From: Thermoflexia bacterium
Lineage (GTDB): Bacteria > Chloroflexota > Anaerolineae > B4-G1 > SLSP01
Assembly: GCA_011192175.1 (NCBI GenBank)
Contig: DUEJ01000001.1
Span: 3,090 to 67,089 of the forward strand
Direction of reading: 5' to 3'
DNA length: 64,000 bases
The notes below the pieces were generated by a model. It was not told where the DNA came from. It saw only the letters and a list, made by a program, of their open reading frames with translations, and searched no databases. Positions within the stretch are counted from its first letter, which is position 1; each line of letters begins with the position of its first letter. A program made the translations under genes and the position numbers. Below are positions 47,454 through 57,609 of the stretch, one piece after another.

Positions 47454-48467
47454 TTATGTCTCTGCCGGCGATTTAGCAGTGCTGGCAGCATAGGCTTGCT
47501 TGAGGATTTCTAAATATATCACCCGTTCCTGATAGAAGATAAAGAGGGAGATGGTAAGGGCCGTGCTGATGATGGCATGTCCCCCGATACCAATCAGGGT
47601 TGACCAGCTCTCCGGTGCGGGCAGAGTCCAGACGTAATTCAAGCCCTGGCTGATGATCAACGTCGCTAAGAGCAGTCCCAGAGCGCCGGGGAAATCTGCC
47701 CGGGTCAAGATGAGGCTTTCGCGCAGCGCTTGGAAGGGAGTTTTGCGGAATTGCACCATGCTGGGGATCGTGTATATACAATGTAGCAGAATAAAGACCC
47801 CGGCGGATAAAACTAATGTGATTAGAAAGCTAGAGAGGCCAAAACTGAAGAGGCTTAAAAGAGAAGTGACCAGCAAGACGGGTGAGCCTAACCCGACTAA
47901 GGCTAGTAGGAGCCAGAAGGTTAATTTCAACAGATTCCCCCAAATTTTAAGCGGAGCAGCTGGTTTCACCGGTGGTTTCTCAATCTCCTCACCAATGCGC
48001 GTCCCTATTTGCCAGAGGTAAACTGCCGCCAGCCCTAGCCCTAGGCTGGTGAGAAAGAGCACCCAGCTAACGGTCATGCCGGCGTTGGTGACCGGTATAG
48101 TGGGACGCTCTCCAAAGGGGCGCAAGAGGGTTAAATGTTTGCTCATTAAGGAGGGTACGCCCAATAGCGGTGCAGGTTCTAAGAGGGCAAAGAGGTTGTA
48201 TCGCTGCCCTACTTCATCAATGACTTGATTGAGCGACTGGTAAGCTGAGACCAGCTCGGTCGTCGGCGGGGTAGCCCAAAGCACACTCAGCTTAGCTAAG
48301 AACGGCTTCAAGGATAACCGAGGGCCTAGCCAGAGGTAGGTATCTAACAAGAAGGGCAATATGGAAAGTTGCGGATAACGCGCCGCAATCTCGAAGCCCA
48401 GCGTTAAACAGGCAATCACACCCAGGGGTTGTTCGGATTCTCTTTGAGGTTTATTTTCATCTATCAC
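47454..48467 (-). CDS. Hypothetical polytopic membrane protein
   Basis: 337-aa ORF with several TM segments; GTG start. Confidence 0.7.
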   Translation of the reverse strand: MIDENKPQRESEQPLGVIACLTLGFEIAARYPQLSILPFLLDTYLWLGPRLSLKPFLAKLSVLWATPPTTELVSAYQSLNQVIDEVGQRYNLFALLEPAPLLGVPSLMSKHLTLLRPFGERPTIPVTNAGMTVSWVLFLTSLGLGLAAVYLWQIGTRIGEEIEKPPVKPAAPLKIWGNLLKLTFWLLLALVGLGSPVLLVTSLLSLFSFGLSSFLITLVLSAGVFILLHCIYTIPSMVQFRKTPFQALRESLILTRADFPGALGLLLATLIISQGLNYVWTLPAPESWSTLIGIGGHAIISTALTISLFIFYQERVIYLEILKQAYAASTAKSPAET

Positions 48468-48518
48468 TTACATATTCTACCATAATCAGGGCAAAATACG
48501 AGTGCAGGGCGTAGCGGG

Positions 48519-48917
48519 TCATCCGCATATTTGATGCTCTTTCTCGGCGACTCGTTGCATGAAGCGTTCCCAATCAATGATGAAGCGTTCATGTTCACAG
48601 ACGCCGATTCTCTCCACCGCATCCCATGCCTCGACGTGCAACCTCAGCCGGCGGCCTTCCACGGATAGCACCTCCGCACGCAGGCGCACCTCCATCCCCA
48701 CGGGGGTGGGGGCTAAGTGTTGCATATTGATCACGGTGCCTACGGTGCTCTGGTGCTCTGGTAAATATGCTTGCACCGTCTCGCGGGCCGCGTTCTCCAT
48801 CAAGGCGACCAGATGCGGGGTGCTTAACGTGGGCACCAATCCACTGCCGTAAGTCGCAGCAGTCTCGGCTTCGGTGACGATATGGGTAATCTCTCCTACT
48901 AATCCTGGTTCAAGCAT
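48519..48917 (-). CDS. Hot-dog-fold thioesterase (fluoroacetyl-CoA thioesterase FlK-like)
   Basis: LSTPHLVALMENAA, STVG, HLAPTPVG, HERFII. Confidence 0.88.
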   Translation of the reverse strand: MLEPGLVGEITHIVTEAETAATYGSGLVPTLSTPHLVALMENAARETVQAYLPEHQSTVGTVINMQHLAPTPVGMEVRLRAEVLSVEGRRLRLHVEAWDAVERIGVCEHERFIIDWERFMQRVAEKEHQICG

Positions 48918-48939
48918 CTCTATTTGCTCCTTTTAAGAT

Positions 48940-49065
48940 AAGTCGAAAGTCTAAGGTCAACTCTGAAAGCCCTCACCACGGGGGCACGGAGGGCACAGAG
49001 TTCTTTATTTTTTCTCCGTGTGTTCCATGTCTCCGTGGTGAAATGCTCGCTTACTCGCTCTCTCG
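48940..49065. repeat. Heptamer run, inverted repeat (tcaccacgg...ccgtggtga) and octamer run
   Basis: aagtcga aagtcta aggtcaa; IR at 48973-49041; ctcgctta ctcgctct ctcg abutting the stop codon at 49066. Confidence 0.7.
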
Positions 49066-50529
49066 CTACCTCAATAACGGTACGATAAATCCAAATAAGC
49101 ACCACATATCCAGGACAAATAATCCCCCCAACAGAAGGGCGCCCCAGATGGCATTAAATTTAGCCGCAGTTAGGCCACTAAGAGCCGTGAACAACGCCGC
49201 ACTCCCCACTAACGCCAACGTCCAGAGCGGCAAGTCGCCGCGCAGCAATCCCAGCCCGCCGATTACCAAACCTGCTATCGCAAGCAGCGACGTGGCGGCA
49301 ATGGCTACCTGTTTATGGGTCAATTGCCGCAATCCCAGGGCCGCGATCAGAGCCAGCGCGGGCAGTGCAGGGAAGAGGTACCGTCCCTGGTGTTGCACAA
49401 AGGTTAGGTTGTACCAGAGCGGCAGCGCGAAGGTGATGAGCGTGGCTGTTCCCAATAGACAACCGGCATCTTGCTGAGTGCGAGAGATTCCCCGGTACAG
49501 CGCGAAAATCGCTTGCCACGCGGCCCCCCAAACCATCAGACCCGAGAGCAGGCCGGCTCCTAGGTAAATGCGCTGATCCAACACTACGCCCATCCAGCCG
49601 AACTGCCCCCAGAACGAGCGGAAGGTGGTGTGCAGGGCATTATGCAGGAAGAGTCCTAACCCGTCGCGCGCGATCCAGGCTGCGGTGCGCGGTTGTCCTA
49701 CCACCACGGCGTGGTGACGTTGCAGCCCTAGGATGTCGGGCCAACCATAGAGCAGTGAGTTGCGCGTCCACCAGAGCGCGCCTAAGAGCAAGCCAGGGAT
49801 GAAGAGCGCGGCGGCCTGGTGCAATGCCCAACTAAATGCAAAGCCGCCTCGCCGCCAGCGCAACACAATCACCAAGAGCGCCAGGGGGAGCGCCACGTAG
49901 CCCGTAGTTTTGGTGAGCAACAATGCTCCTAAGACCACCCCCAGGCTGAGCGGGGAGGTTTTGCCGCGCAGGTAACGCAAAGCCAGCCAGAGCCAGAGCG
50001 CCAGCAAGGCTTCCGTCAACGAGTCGTTGTTGACGCCGGCCATCATCGCGAGGTGCTGTGGCAAGCAGGCGACCAGACCGGCGGCCAGCCAACTCAAACC
50101 GGGGGACTGGGGCAAGACCTCTGCCGTTATCAAAGCGGTCATCACGACCACCACCGCGCCCAAAGTCAAGGAGAAAAGTCGCAAGGGGAGCAGGCGTCCC
50201 TCTCCCAGCCAGAAAATTGGTGTGGCTAAGAGATAGTAGAGCGGCGGTTGGTGATCCTCATAAGTCAGCGGCGCAATGGAGAGGTGTGGAGGGAACTGCT
50301 CACTGGTCAACCGTTCAATATAAATTTGGTCGTAATCTTGCGCGGTCATTTCAGGTAGCTGGTGCTGTTCGGCCAGCGTGCGGATGTAATTGTAGTGCGC
50401 CGGTTCGTCGGGCACTTGCCAGTGGGGAGTCTGCACCGCGTAGAGCGTGCCGGCGATGAAGTAAGCGAACAGGATGAGCAATAGCGGCCAATAACCACGT
50501 AATTGAGCAGTCGGGTAGTTTTCTCTCAT
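49066..50529 (-). CDS. GT-C fold membrane glycosyltransferase (ArnT/PMT/DUF2142-like)
   Basis: PDEPAH, HQPPLYY, VNND, SFWGQFGW, QGRYLFP. Confidence 0.82.
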   Translation of the reverse strand: MRENYPTAQLRGYWPLLLILFAYFIAGTLYAVQTPHWQVPDEPAHYNYIRTLAEQHQLPEMTAQDYDQIYIERLTSEQFPPHLSIAPLTYEDHQPPLYYLLATPIFWLGEGRLLPLRLFSLTLGAVVVVMTALITAEVLPQSPGLSWLAAGLVACLPQHLAMMAGVNNDSLTEALLALWLWLALRYLRGKTSPLSLGVVLGALLLTKTTGYVALPLALLVIVLRWRRGGFAFSWALHQAAALFIPGLLLGALWWTRNSLLYGWPDILGLQRHHAVVVGQPRTAAWIARDGLGLFLHNALHTTFRSFWGQFGWMGVVLDQRIYLGAGLLSGLMVWGAAWQAIFALYRGISRTQQDAGCLLGTATLITFALPLWYNLTFVQHQGRYLFPALPALALIAALGLRQLTHKQVAIAATSLLAIAGLVIGGLGLLRGDLPLWTLALVGSAALFTALSGLTAAKFNAIWGALLLGGLFVLDMWCLFGFIVPLLR

Positions 50530-50617
50530 CTGGCACTCGCCTTGTTAGTCAGTTAGTCCAGTAGTCTGGTAGTCGTTAGTTCGGTAGTCTCAGTAACGCG
50601 ACTTTTGCGATGATGTG

Positions 50618-50665
50618 TTCGCTCCCTCGTTCATTCGCTTTCTCGCTCACTCGCTTTCTCGCTTC
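50618..50665. repeat. Octamer tandem array (six units), left flank of the ATPase cassette
   Basis: ttcgctcc ctcgttca ttcgcttt ctcgctca ctcgcttt ctcgcttc. Confidence 0.8.
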
Positions 50666-51396
50666 ACTGTTCCTGCGGTATAAACTTTTCCAGCTCTCGG
50701 TACCACTGCCTAAAAAGAGGACATTTGCCAATGACCACAGGTACCAGCATCTCTTGCAGTAGTCGGGGTGTATGAACAGCCTTGGAATAATGCACGTTTG
50801 CTTCATCCAATGCCGCTTCCATAATCAGTGCGGAAAGTTTTTCCTCACAAGCGTCTTTTTTCTCATCTAAAGTGCTAAAATTTTCTGGTTCAGCAAAAGA
50901 TACGTTATGTTGGCTGGCTAAACAATGACGCATAGCCCCGTGATGCGCACGAAAGTCTAAATCTTTGGCAAAAGTATTACTCCAGTCTGCGATCAACCAG
51001 GCTTCAATCTCAGGAGCCGCGAAACCTATTACCATCCGGTCGCTCTGCATATCAGGGAACTCGCCAAGCACGGCGTTAATGGTGTCCCTAAACAGCTTCT
51101 CACGTTCTTCCGCTACGTGACAGTCCAAATCGTCCATAACCAGAATGAGATCATAATTCTCACCACGATTTAAGGCCGCCCGTAATTGTCTGACAATACG
51201 ATTGGCTAACTCTCCGCCTGTGCCCCCCCCATAACTTTAGGGGCCCATTAGCACCTGGTCTGGCCCCAGGTTTCTGGTAGTAGGGAGTTTTCCTCTCAAA
51301 TTGCGCCTGCGCGAACTGTTTTCTCAAAAATGGCAGGAACCCCTTTACTTCCGAGGGGCCGCCTCCGGCAAAGACCCAAGTCTTTACCACGGCCAA
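50664..51396 (-). pseudogene. DUF4276/RloB-like (TOPRIM-like) protein frameshifted at a G8 tract
   Basis: ORF 51160-51396 (VFAGGGPSE...FERKTP) joins ORF 50664-51137 (DDLD, EIEAWL, YSK) if one G of 51223-51230 is removed: ...LKLWGGTGGELANRIVRQLRAALNRGENYDLILVMDDLDC. Confidence 0.75.
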
Positions 51397-52565
51397 CCGC
51401 CCACGCTGGGATCACCAACGCGATAGAGGTCTCCTAATTTCCACCCTTCTTGCAACCAGCTCGCTACGCTTTCTTGAGTCAAACGGTTGATGGCGAAGTG
51501 CCCGGTATCTCGTTCAGGTGCGCTGAATACCAGTACGTTTTCCACTTCATCCGTAAAATGATCTAATAAATCGGGGCTGTGGGTACTGATGATAATTTGA
51601 GTTTTAAGAGAGGCGTTTTTGATCCAATGGGCAAGTACTTCTAGCCAAGCCACGTGTATACCCATTTCGGGTTCCTCTATCACCAGGAGAGCGGGCAACT
51701 GCGGCGAATGTAGGATCGTAGCCCAACACAACATCCGCACCAGGCCATCAGACATCTCCCTCAGATAAAAGGGTTCTGGGGTATCCGCAATATACCATTG
51801 CACAGCCAGTGATAGTTGCCCCGCAAAAACCGTTCTTATCCGGCGGGTAAGGGGCCAAATGCCTTGCATGGCCTGGTTGATACGCTCTTCAAATTCAAGA
51901 CTATCCTCCATAAGATTGTGGAGGACCAACGTCAAGTTCTCGCCAGAAGCAGTAAGGTATCTATCCCCTTGTCCCACTTTGGGTTCTGCCTCTCGGATGC
52001 GTTTTAGATTCATGCTGTTGGCGTTGTAGAAATGCCAGTGAGAAAAAGAACCCAGCAAATTATACAGCGGAATAGGTCCAGCTGCTAGAATTGCCCCTTC
52101 AATGGTCTCCTGCTCATGCTGGTTTTGTCTAAAAAGCATTTTATCATTGAATCCCTCACCTTTCCTTCTTTCGACAGCAACATCTTCTCGGTAAATGACC
52201 GGGAAACGGTTTCCCGGTACAAACAGTAACGTAAGTCGGAGACGGCTTTGAACCTCTTCGGGCGGTAAAGGACTTAAATAGAATTCTAAATTGACCTGCC
52301 CCGGTCGTTTCACGGTTTTATCTAATATGTCAGAGCCGCCTAGCTGCATAATGGCTTTGTCGAAGCTCGAGACCTCATCCACAGAAGGTAAGCTGGCATT
52401 TTCCAGAAAACGAAAGATATTCACCAAGTTACTCTTGCCTGAACTGTTGGGACCAATTAAGATATTCAAGCTGCCAAAACTGACATCTAGCGGACCTAGG
52501 TTCTTATAGTTTTCCGCTACCAGCCTGTTAATATGATACGTGGCTTTGAAACCGCTTTCTCTCAT
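51384..52565 (-). CDS. AAA_21 / AbiEii-like ABC-family ATPase
   Basis: Walker A GPNSSGKSN, signature MSDG, Walker B LLVIEEPE, H-loop STHS. Confidence 0.88.
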   Translation of the reverse strand: MRESGFKATYHINRLVAENYKNLGPLDVSFGSLNILIGPNSSGKSNLVNIFRFLENASLPSVDEVSSFDKAIMQLGGSDILDKTVKRPGQVNLEFYLSPLPPEEVQSRLRLTLLFVPGNRFPVIYREDVAVERRKGEGFNDKMLFRQNQHEQETIEGAILAAGPIPLYNLLGSFSHWHFYNANSMNLKRIREAEPKVGQGDRYLTASGENLTLVLHNLMEDSLEFEERINQAMQGIWPLTRRIRTVFAGQLSLAVQWYIADTPEPFYLREMSDGLVRMLCWATILHSPQLPALLVIEEPEMGIHVAWLEVLAHWIKNASLKTQIIISTHSPDLLDHFTDEVENVLVFSAPERDTGHFAINRLTQESVASWLQEGWKLGDLYRVGDPSVGGWPW

Positions 52566-52583
52566 ATCTGTTCCTCTCCCTTC

Positions 52584-52687
52584 CTCGCTTTCTCGCTCCC
52601 TCGCCTTCTCGCCTTCTCGCTCACTCGCCTTCTCGCTTTCTCGCTCACTCGCCTTCTCGCTTTCTCGCTCACTCGCTTTCTCGCTTC
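52584..52687. repeat. Octamer tandem array (13 units of ctcgcYNN), right flank of the ATPase cassette
   Basis: 13 consecutive units with a 24-mer higher-order period; contains the plsY stop codon. Confidence 0.9.
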
Positions 52688-53328
52688 TGGGGAGTGTGCT
52701 TGGATATCTGAATCAAGGGTGGTTTTTCGTAGAAAATGGGTAGAAACCGTTCTTCTCGCTTAGAGAGACGTTTGATGTTAGGCCGTAGCGCCCAGAGCGT
52801 CAACAACATAGTTGGGAGGCCAAATCCCAGTGCGTAAGGCCATCCCCCATGCCAGTAACTCAACCCTGGCAGAGAGAGCGCGATAAGGATAGAAGCCACG
52901 GAAGCATGTCCTACCAATCCAACAACCGCAATCGCCGGGATTAACAATAGCGGCAAGTTCCCTCCCCACATCGCACTGGCAATCCCCAGGCTGGTGATCG
53001 TGCCCGCGCCACCGGTAAAGCCCAGATAGAGTGAGTAATTATGCCCCACTATGCCTAGCGCCCCCGTGAGGGCCACTGCCCAGGGGCTAAGTCCCAGTGC
53101 TTTGGCTATCCAGATGCCGGCGGCCCCCTTGAAGCCATCACAGATAGCTGTTAAGAGGGCCGCTAGTGAACCACTGGTGCGCCAGACGTTGGTGCCGCCG
53201 GTGCGCCCGCTCCCATGTTGGCGTACGTCAATATGTTTGAGCACCTTGGCCCAAAGAATACCCGGCGGAAGCGAGCCTAATAAGTAAGCGGCGGCCCAGG
53301 CGATAAATAATTTTACAGCTGTTCCCAT
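52669..53328 (-). CDS. plsY: Glycerol-3-phosphate acyltransferase PlsY
   Basis: AYLLGS, DVRQHGSGRTGGTNVWR, DGFKG, GHNYS, NIKRL. Confidence 0.88.
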   Translation of the reverse strand: MGTAVKLFIAWAAAYLLGSLPPGILWAKVLKHIDVRQHGSGRTGGTNVWRTSGSLAALLTAICDGFKGAAGIWIAKALGLSPWAVALTGALGIVGHNYSLYLGFTGGAGTITSLGIASAMWGGNLPLLLIPAIAVVGLVGHASVASILIALSLPGLSYWHGGWPYALGFGLPTMLLTLWALRPNIKRLSKREERFLPIFYEKPPLIQISKHTPQKRESE

Positions 53329-53330
53329 TT

Positions 53331-54083
53331 TTACTCCTCATTTTGTCCACAGTGTGGACAGTTAGCAGTTCTGGTAACTTGTATCTTCTCAAAAGAGTGG
53401 TGCAATCCATCCCAGAGCAGTAGCTGATCCACCAATGGCGTCCCTATCCCCAGCAACACTTTGAGCGCCTCCAGCGCTTGCAACGTGCCGATTACCCCGG
53501 CTGTGGCGCCGATAATTCCAAGTTCGGCCGGTGATTGCTGGCTGCCCGGTTCCGGCAGCTCGGGGAAGATGCACCGGCGGCAAGCGTGACCGGGCAGCAC
53601 TACGCTTAATTGCCCCTCAAATCGTTGCACCCCCGCCCATACCAGGGGCACTCTGGCCCGCACACAAAGTTCGTTGATTAGAGCCTTGCTGGCTAGATTG
53701 TCGGTAGCTTCCACCACTAGATCATAATCTGCAATTAGGGCGGGGCCATTCGCACGCGAGACACGCATGATATGCGGGATGATGGTAATTTCTGGATTGA
53801 ATGCCCGGAGGCGGCGCGCCGCTTGCTCAACCTTGTTTCGGCCTATCCCCGCTGGCGTGTAGAGAATCTGGCGATTCAAGTTGGTAGAAGAGAGCAAATC
53901 GTCATCAGCAATACCCAGCGTGCCCACCCCGGCGGCGGCCAGATAGAAGAGCGCGGGGGAACCCAGCCCTCCGGCTCCAATCACCAAGACACGCGCTGTC
54001 TGCAACCGGGCCTGTCCAGCTACACCAATTTGGGGAATCGCTATCTGTCGCGCGTAACGCCGATTTACTTGAACTTCGTTCAT
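53331..54083 (-). CDS. moeB: MoeB/ThiF family adenylyltransferase
   Basis: RYARQ, IGAGGLG, NLNRQ, CRRC, CPHC. Confidence 0.8.
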   Translation of the reverse strand: MNEVQVNRRYARQIAIPQIGVAGQARLQTARVLVIGAGGLGSPALFYLAAAGVGTLGIADDDLLSSTNLNRQILYTPAGIGRNKVEQAARRLRAFNPEITIIPHIMRVSRANGPALIADYDLVVEATDNLASKALINELCVRARVPLVWAGVQRFEGQLSVVLPGHACRRCIFPELPEPGSQQSPAELGIIGATAGVIGTLQALEALKVLLGIGTPLVDQLLLWDGLHHSFEKIQVTRTANCPHCGQNEE

Positions 54084-54297
54084 TTGCGCTCCATTACTCT
54101 CTTACCGATTCTATTCTACCAGTTGCAAACTAGCAGACAAGCTTTCTCAGCTCTTTTGAGAATAAAATACCCTTGAAAAACTGGCTTGAATATGCTATCA
54201 TTAAGCGGCTTTGGGCAGGGCGCTAAACATTCTCAAGCATGGATGACCAATTCTGAGCAGCTATATCCACCTAGCATTTAACCGATAGGGAATAAAT

Positions 54298-54675
54298 ATG
54301 TATCCTGATAGCGAAATTCTTTTTCCCCCCCGTTGCATCAAAACCCTCCGGGATCTACGAGGTCCCCAGTGGCGTGAACTGATAGATCGGCTTCTCACCC
54401 TGCCCAATAATCACGAAGCGGTGTTGGCTTTCGGCCTATTGGTGATTGATGAAAGCAGTTGTCTAACTTGCAGTCTAGATAGCTACCGCGCCTCTTTGGG
54501 TTGCTGTACCTGCGCACAGCGCAGCATCAGCGGTTACAAAGGCACTGATGAGGAACTGTTGGCTGATTACCAGGAGAACCTGGCTAAGGTGCGCAAATAT
54601 GCTAGCAATCCCAATATGGCTCTCGCCACAGAGATCATGCTCCAAGCAACTATGGCTCCTCCCCGGCGGCGGTGA
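54298..54675 (+). CDS. Hypothetical Cys-rich protein (CxxC...CCxC)
   Basis: 125-aa ORF; CLTC and GCCTC; overlaps the next start. Confidence 0.65.
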   Translation: MYPDSEILFPPRCIKTLRDLRGPQWRELIDRLLTLPNNHEAVLAFGLLVIDESSCLTCSLDSYRASLGCCTCAQRSISGYKGTDEELLADYQENLAKVRKYASNPNMALATEIMLQATMAPPRRR

Positions 54676-56261
54676 CTTTTTTGGCACTTCTGCGTAAATA
54701 CCGGTTTGGATTCCTACTCCTGCTGATTCTGCTCTTGGTGATAACATCCAGTAGGGTGCTTTTCCCCGCATGGCCTTATGAGCTCACCGGTGAGGAGAAT
54801 AGCGCGGCGCAGCTGCGCGGCTTGCTCCAGTGGAGTACCAACCTAGCGCGGCCCTTACCTCGAACTGCGGATGAGGGACCCATCGCTTACACGGAACTCT
54901 CTCCGTTCGGCATCAATACCTTCCTGGAGCAGGAGGTGGAGCTCGAAAAGCGCGCGCGTTCTCTCCAGCTGATCAGTGAGGCCGGGTTCCACTGGATCCG
55001 GCAGGAATTTCCCTGGGAAGATATTGAGATCCACGGGAAGGGCGATTTTGAGGATCGCCGCCACGTACCACATCGTTCCGCGTGGGAGAAATACGATCAG
55101 CTAGTCGCCAGTGCGGAACAATACCAACTGGGAATCATTGTCCGGTTGAGCAACCCGCCCACTTGGAGCCGGGCCGCCGGCGATGAGCTCGGCACTTATG
55201 CCCCGCCAGATGATTTTGCTGATTACGGTGATTTTGTGGCAGCCGTGGTCTCTCGTTACCGGGGTCGCATCCGCTTCTACCAGGTTTGGAACGAGCCGAA
55301 CATCTATCCCGAATGGGGTAAGCGGCCTGTTGATCCCGAAGCCTACACCGAGTTGCTCTGTCTGGCCTACAAGCGCATCAAAGCCGCCGACCCGCAAGCC
55401 GTAGTAATCAGTGGGGCGCTGGCGCCCACCGTCGCGTTGGGTACCTCGCGCCCAGATGGCGGTAACGCGCTCATGGATACCGTATTTTTGCAACGCATGT
55501 ATCAGGCCGGGGCAGGAGCCTGTTTTGATATCATGGCGGTCAACGATTATATGCTCTGGTCTGGGCCAACAGATCGCCGGATGCGGCCTAATCTGACCAA
55601 TTTCTCGCGGCCCCTCTGGATCCGCGATCTGATGGTCGCCCATGGAGATGCCGGCAAACCCATCTGGCTCACCGAGATGAATAGCAATGCGGCACCCGCA
55701 GGATTACCGGCTATTTATGGGCGCGTTACCGAGGAGCAACAAGCGCGCTATGCTATCCAGGCATTGGAGCGCGTGCAGCAAGAATGGCCCTGGGTCGGGC
55801 ACGTTGCTATTTGGTTCTTCAAACGGCCCTCGGAGCAGGAGCGGGGAGAGCCGTGGTACTACTTCCGGCTGATGGAACCCGATTTTACGCCCTTACCGAT
55901 TTACGCGGAGATCAAAGAATACCTCAACACGCTAGCCCCAACACTTTATCAGGGGCAGCATAGCGCGGAGAGTTGGCAGCTTAACTACCAGGGGGCCTGG
56001 ATTACTAGTCCGGAGGGAACAAAAAGCACTGTCACCGCAGGCGCTAGTCTGACGCTTAATTGGCAAGGTCGCGCTCTGGAGTTGTTACCCGGCAATTCCA
56101 ATGCTCTCATCCGCGTAATGGCGGAGGGGCAGTCAGTGCGGGAGATCATGGTTGAGAGCCAACCGGTGCTCCTCGACCGCGATTTACTAAAACGCCAACA
56201 CGCCCTCCAGCTTGTCGTGCTGGAAGGCGGGCTGACCATAAAGGGCTTTCAGGTGGAGTAA
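54672..56261 (+). CDS. Membrane-anchored clan GH-A glycoside hydrolase (GH5/GH39-like)
   Basis: N-terminal TM; WIRQEFPW, WNEPN acid/base, IWLTEMN nucleophile. Confidence 0.82.
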   Translation: MTFLALLRKYRFGFLLLLILLLVITSSRVLFPAWPYELTGEENSAAQLRGLLQWSTNLARPLPRTADEGPIAYTELSPFGINTFLEQEVELEKRARSLQLISEAGFHWIRQEFPWEDIEIHGKGDFEDRRHVPHRSAWEKYDQLVASAEQYQLGIIVRLSNPPTWSRAAGDELGTYAPPDDFADYGDFVAAVVSRYRGRIRFYQVWNEPNIYPEWGKRPVDPEAYTELLCLAYKRIKAADPQAVVISGALAPTVALGTSRPDGGNALMDTVFLQRMYQAGAGACFDIMAVNDYMLWSGPTDRRMRPNLTNFSRPLWIRDLMVAHGDAGKPIWLTEMNSNAAPAGLPAIYGRVTEEQQARYAIQALERVQQEWPWVGHVAIWFFKRPSEQERGEPWYYFRLMEPDFTPLPIYAEIKEYLNTLAPTLYQGQHSAESWQLNYQGAWITSPEGTKSTVTAGASLTLNWQGRALELLPGNSNALIRVMAEGQSVREIMVESQPVLLDRDLLKRQHALQLVVLEGGLTIKGFQVE

Positions 56262-56306
56262 GCGCTTGCGGCGGATTACAATCCGCCGAGAATTTTAGGA
56301 GAGCGA

Positions 56307-57380
56307 TTATTCCCCCAATGCCGCTAATTTGCGCCATTGCTCGTCAGCGGTCAGCGCCTCGATAAATTCCCTGATCTCACCTTCCATGATAGAAGGCAAG
56401 TCGTAGATAGATTTGCCGATACGATGATCGGTAACGCGATTCTGCGGGTAGTTATAGGTGCGAATCTTCTCGCTACGTTCGCCCGTACCTACTTGTGCTC
56501 GCCGAGCGGATCCAATGGCCTCTTCTTGTTCGCGTCGTTCAATCTCATAGAGCCGGGCGCGTAAGACGGTCATCGCTTGGAGCTTGTTTTGGGTCAGCGA
56601 GCGCTCACTTTCGCAAGTGACCACCATCCTGGTTGGTTTGTAGATGATGCGCACCGCCGTATCGTTCTTCTGCATGTGTTGACCACCTGGCCCCGAAGCG
56701 CCGTAGGTGCCAATCTCCAAATCGTTAGGATTGATATTGATTTCAACGGCCTCTACTTCTGGCAGCACTGCCACCGTGACAGTTGAGGTATGAATGCGCC
56801 CGCTGGACTCCGTGGTTGGCACTCGTTGAACGCGATGCACGCCGCTCTCATATTTTAGCTGCGAGAAAGCCCGTTTCCCTTCTACCCGGAAGATGACCTC
56901 CTTAAAACCACCAATCCCCGTGCGATTTTCACTGATAATCTGCAACCGCCAACCGCCTTGACGTTCAACGTAACGCGCATACATACGGAAGAGCTCTGCC
57001 GCGAATAACCCCGCTTCGTCTCCCCCAGCGCCAGCTCTGATCTCAATGATAACGTTTTTCTCATCACGGGGGTCTTTGGGGACCAATAATTGTTTAAGGC
57101 GTTCTCTTAGAGTTACTTTAGTTGCCGAGAGTTGCTTAATCTCCGCGCGGGCCATCTCCAACAGCTCGGCATCTTCGACCTCATCCAATAGTTTCTCAGT
57201 CTCGGCTAATTCTTCCCCCACAGCTCTGTAACGGCGGTATGTTTCCACCGTCTCCGCCAGATCAGAACGCTCTTTGGCATACTTGACCACCTTAGTATAA
57301 TCCTGAACGATCTCCGGATCGGCCAGCAGCTCTGCTAAGTTATCAAAGCGTGCTTCTAACGCATCTAAACGTTCTAACAT
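56307..57380 (-). CDS. prfA: Peptide chain release factor 1
   Basis: EIRAGAGGDEA, ESGVHRVQRVPTTE (PxT), GPGGQ, RTYNYPQNRVTDHR. True start ATG 57380; the upstream part of the ORF overlaps tRNAs. Confidence 0.95.
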   Translation of the reverse strand: MLERLDALEARFDNLAELLADPEIVQDYTKVVKYAKERSDLAETVETYRRYRAVGEELAETEKLLDEVEDAELLEMARAEIKQLSATKVTLRERLKQLLVPKDPRDEKNVIIEIRAGAGGDEAGLFAAELFRMYARYVERQGGWRLQIISENRTGIGGFKEVIFRVEGKRAFSQLKYESGVHRVQRVPTTESSGRIHTSTVTVAVLPEVEAVEININPNDLEIGTYGASGPGGQHMQKNDTAVRIIYKPTRMVVTCESERSLTQNKLQAMTVLRARLYEIERREQEEAIGSARRAQVGTGERSEKIRTYNYPQNRVTDHRIGKSIYDLPSIMEGEIREFIEALTADEQWRKLAALGE

Positions 57381-57451
57381 TTCTACCCCCTGCTGATTAG
57401 CTGATATAGCAAACGGCCCGTAACTCACGGGCCGTAGCTTAGTTTCTCTGA

Positions 57452-57524
57452 TGGGCCTACCGGGATTTGAACCTGGAACCGACCGGTTATGAGCCGGTTG
57501 CTCTAACCGTTGAGCTATAGGCCC
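57452..57524 (-). tRNA. tRNA with CAT anticodon, probably tRNA-Ile2
   Basis: gggccta/taggccc acceptor; accgg-ctcataa-ccggt anticodon arm. Confidence 0.88.
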
Positions 57525-57529
57525 TGACA

Positions 57530-57600
57530 AGCGGGCGACGGGAATCGAACCCGTATCAATGGCTTGGAAGGCCAAGGCGTTACCATTACACGACGCCCGC
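57530..57600 (-). tRNA. tRNA-Gly(TCC)
   Basis: gcgggcg/cgcccgc acceptor, loop cttccaa, gttcgattc. Confidence 0.93.
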
Positions 57601-57609
57601 AACCAGGGC

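Noticed and set aside
52584..52687. Possible CRISPR array
   Set aside because: Contiguous 8-bp units with no unique spacers, and no cas genes in the window.
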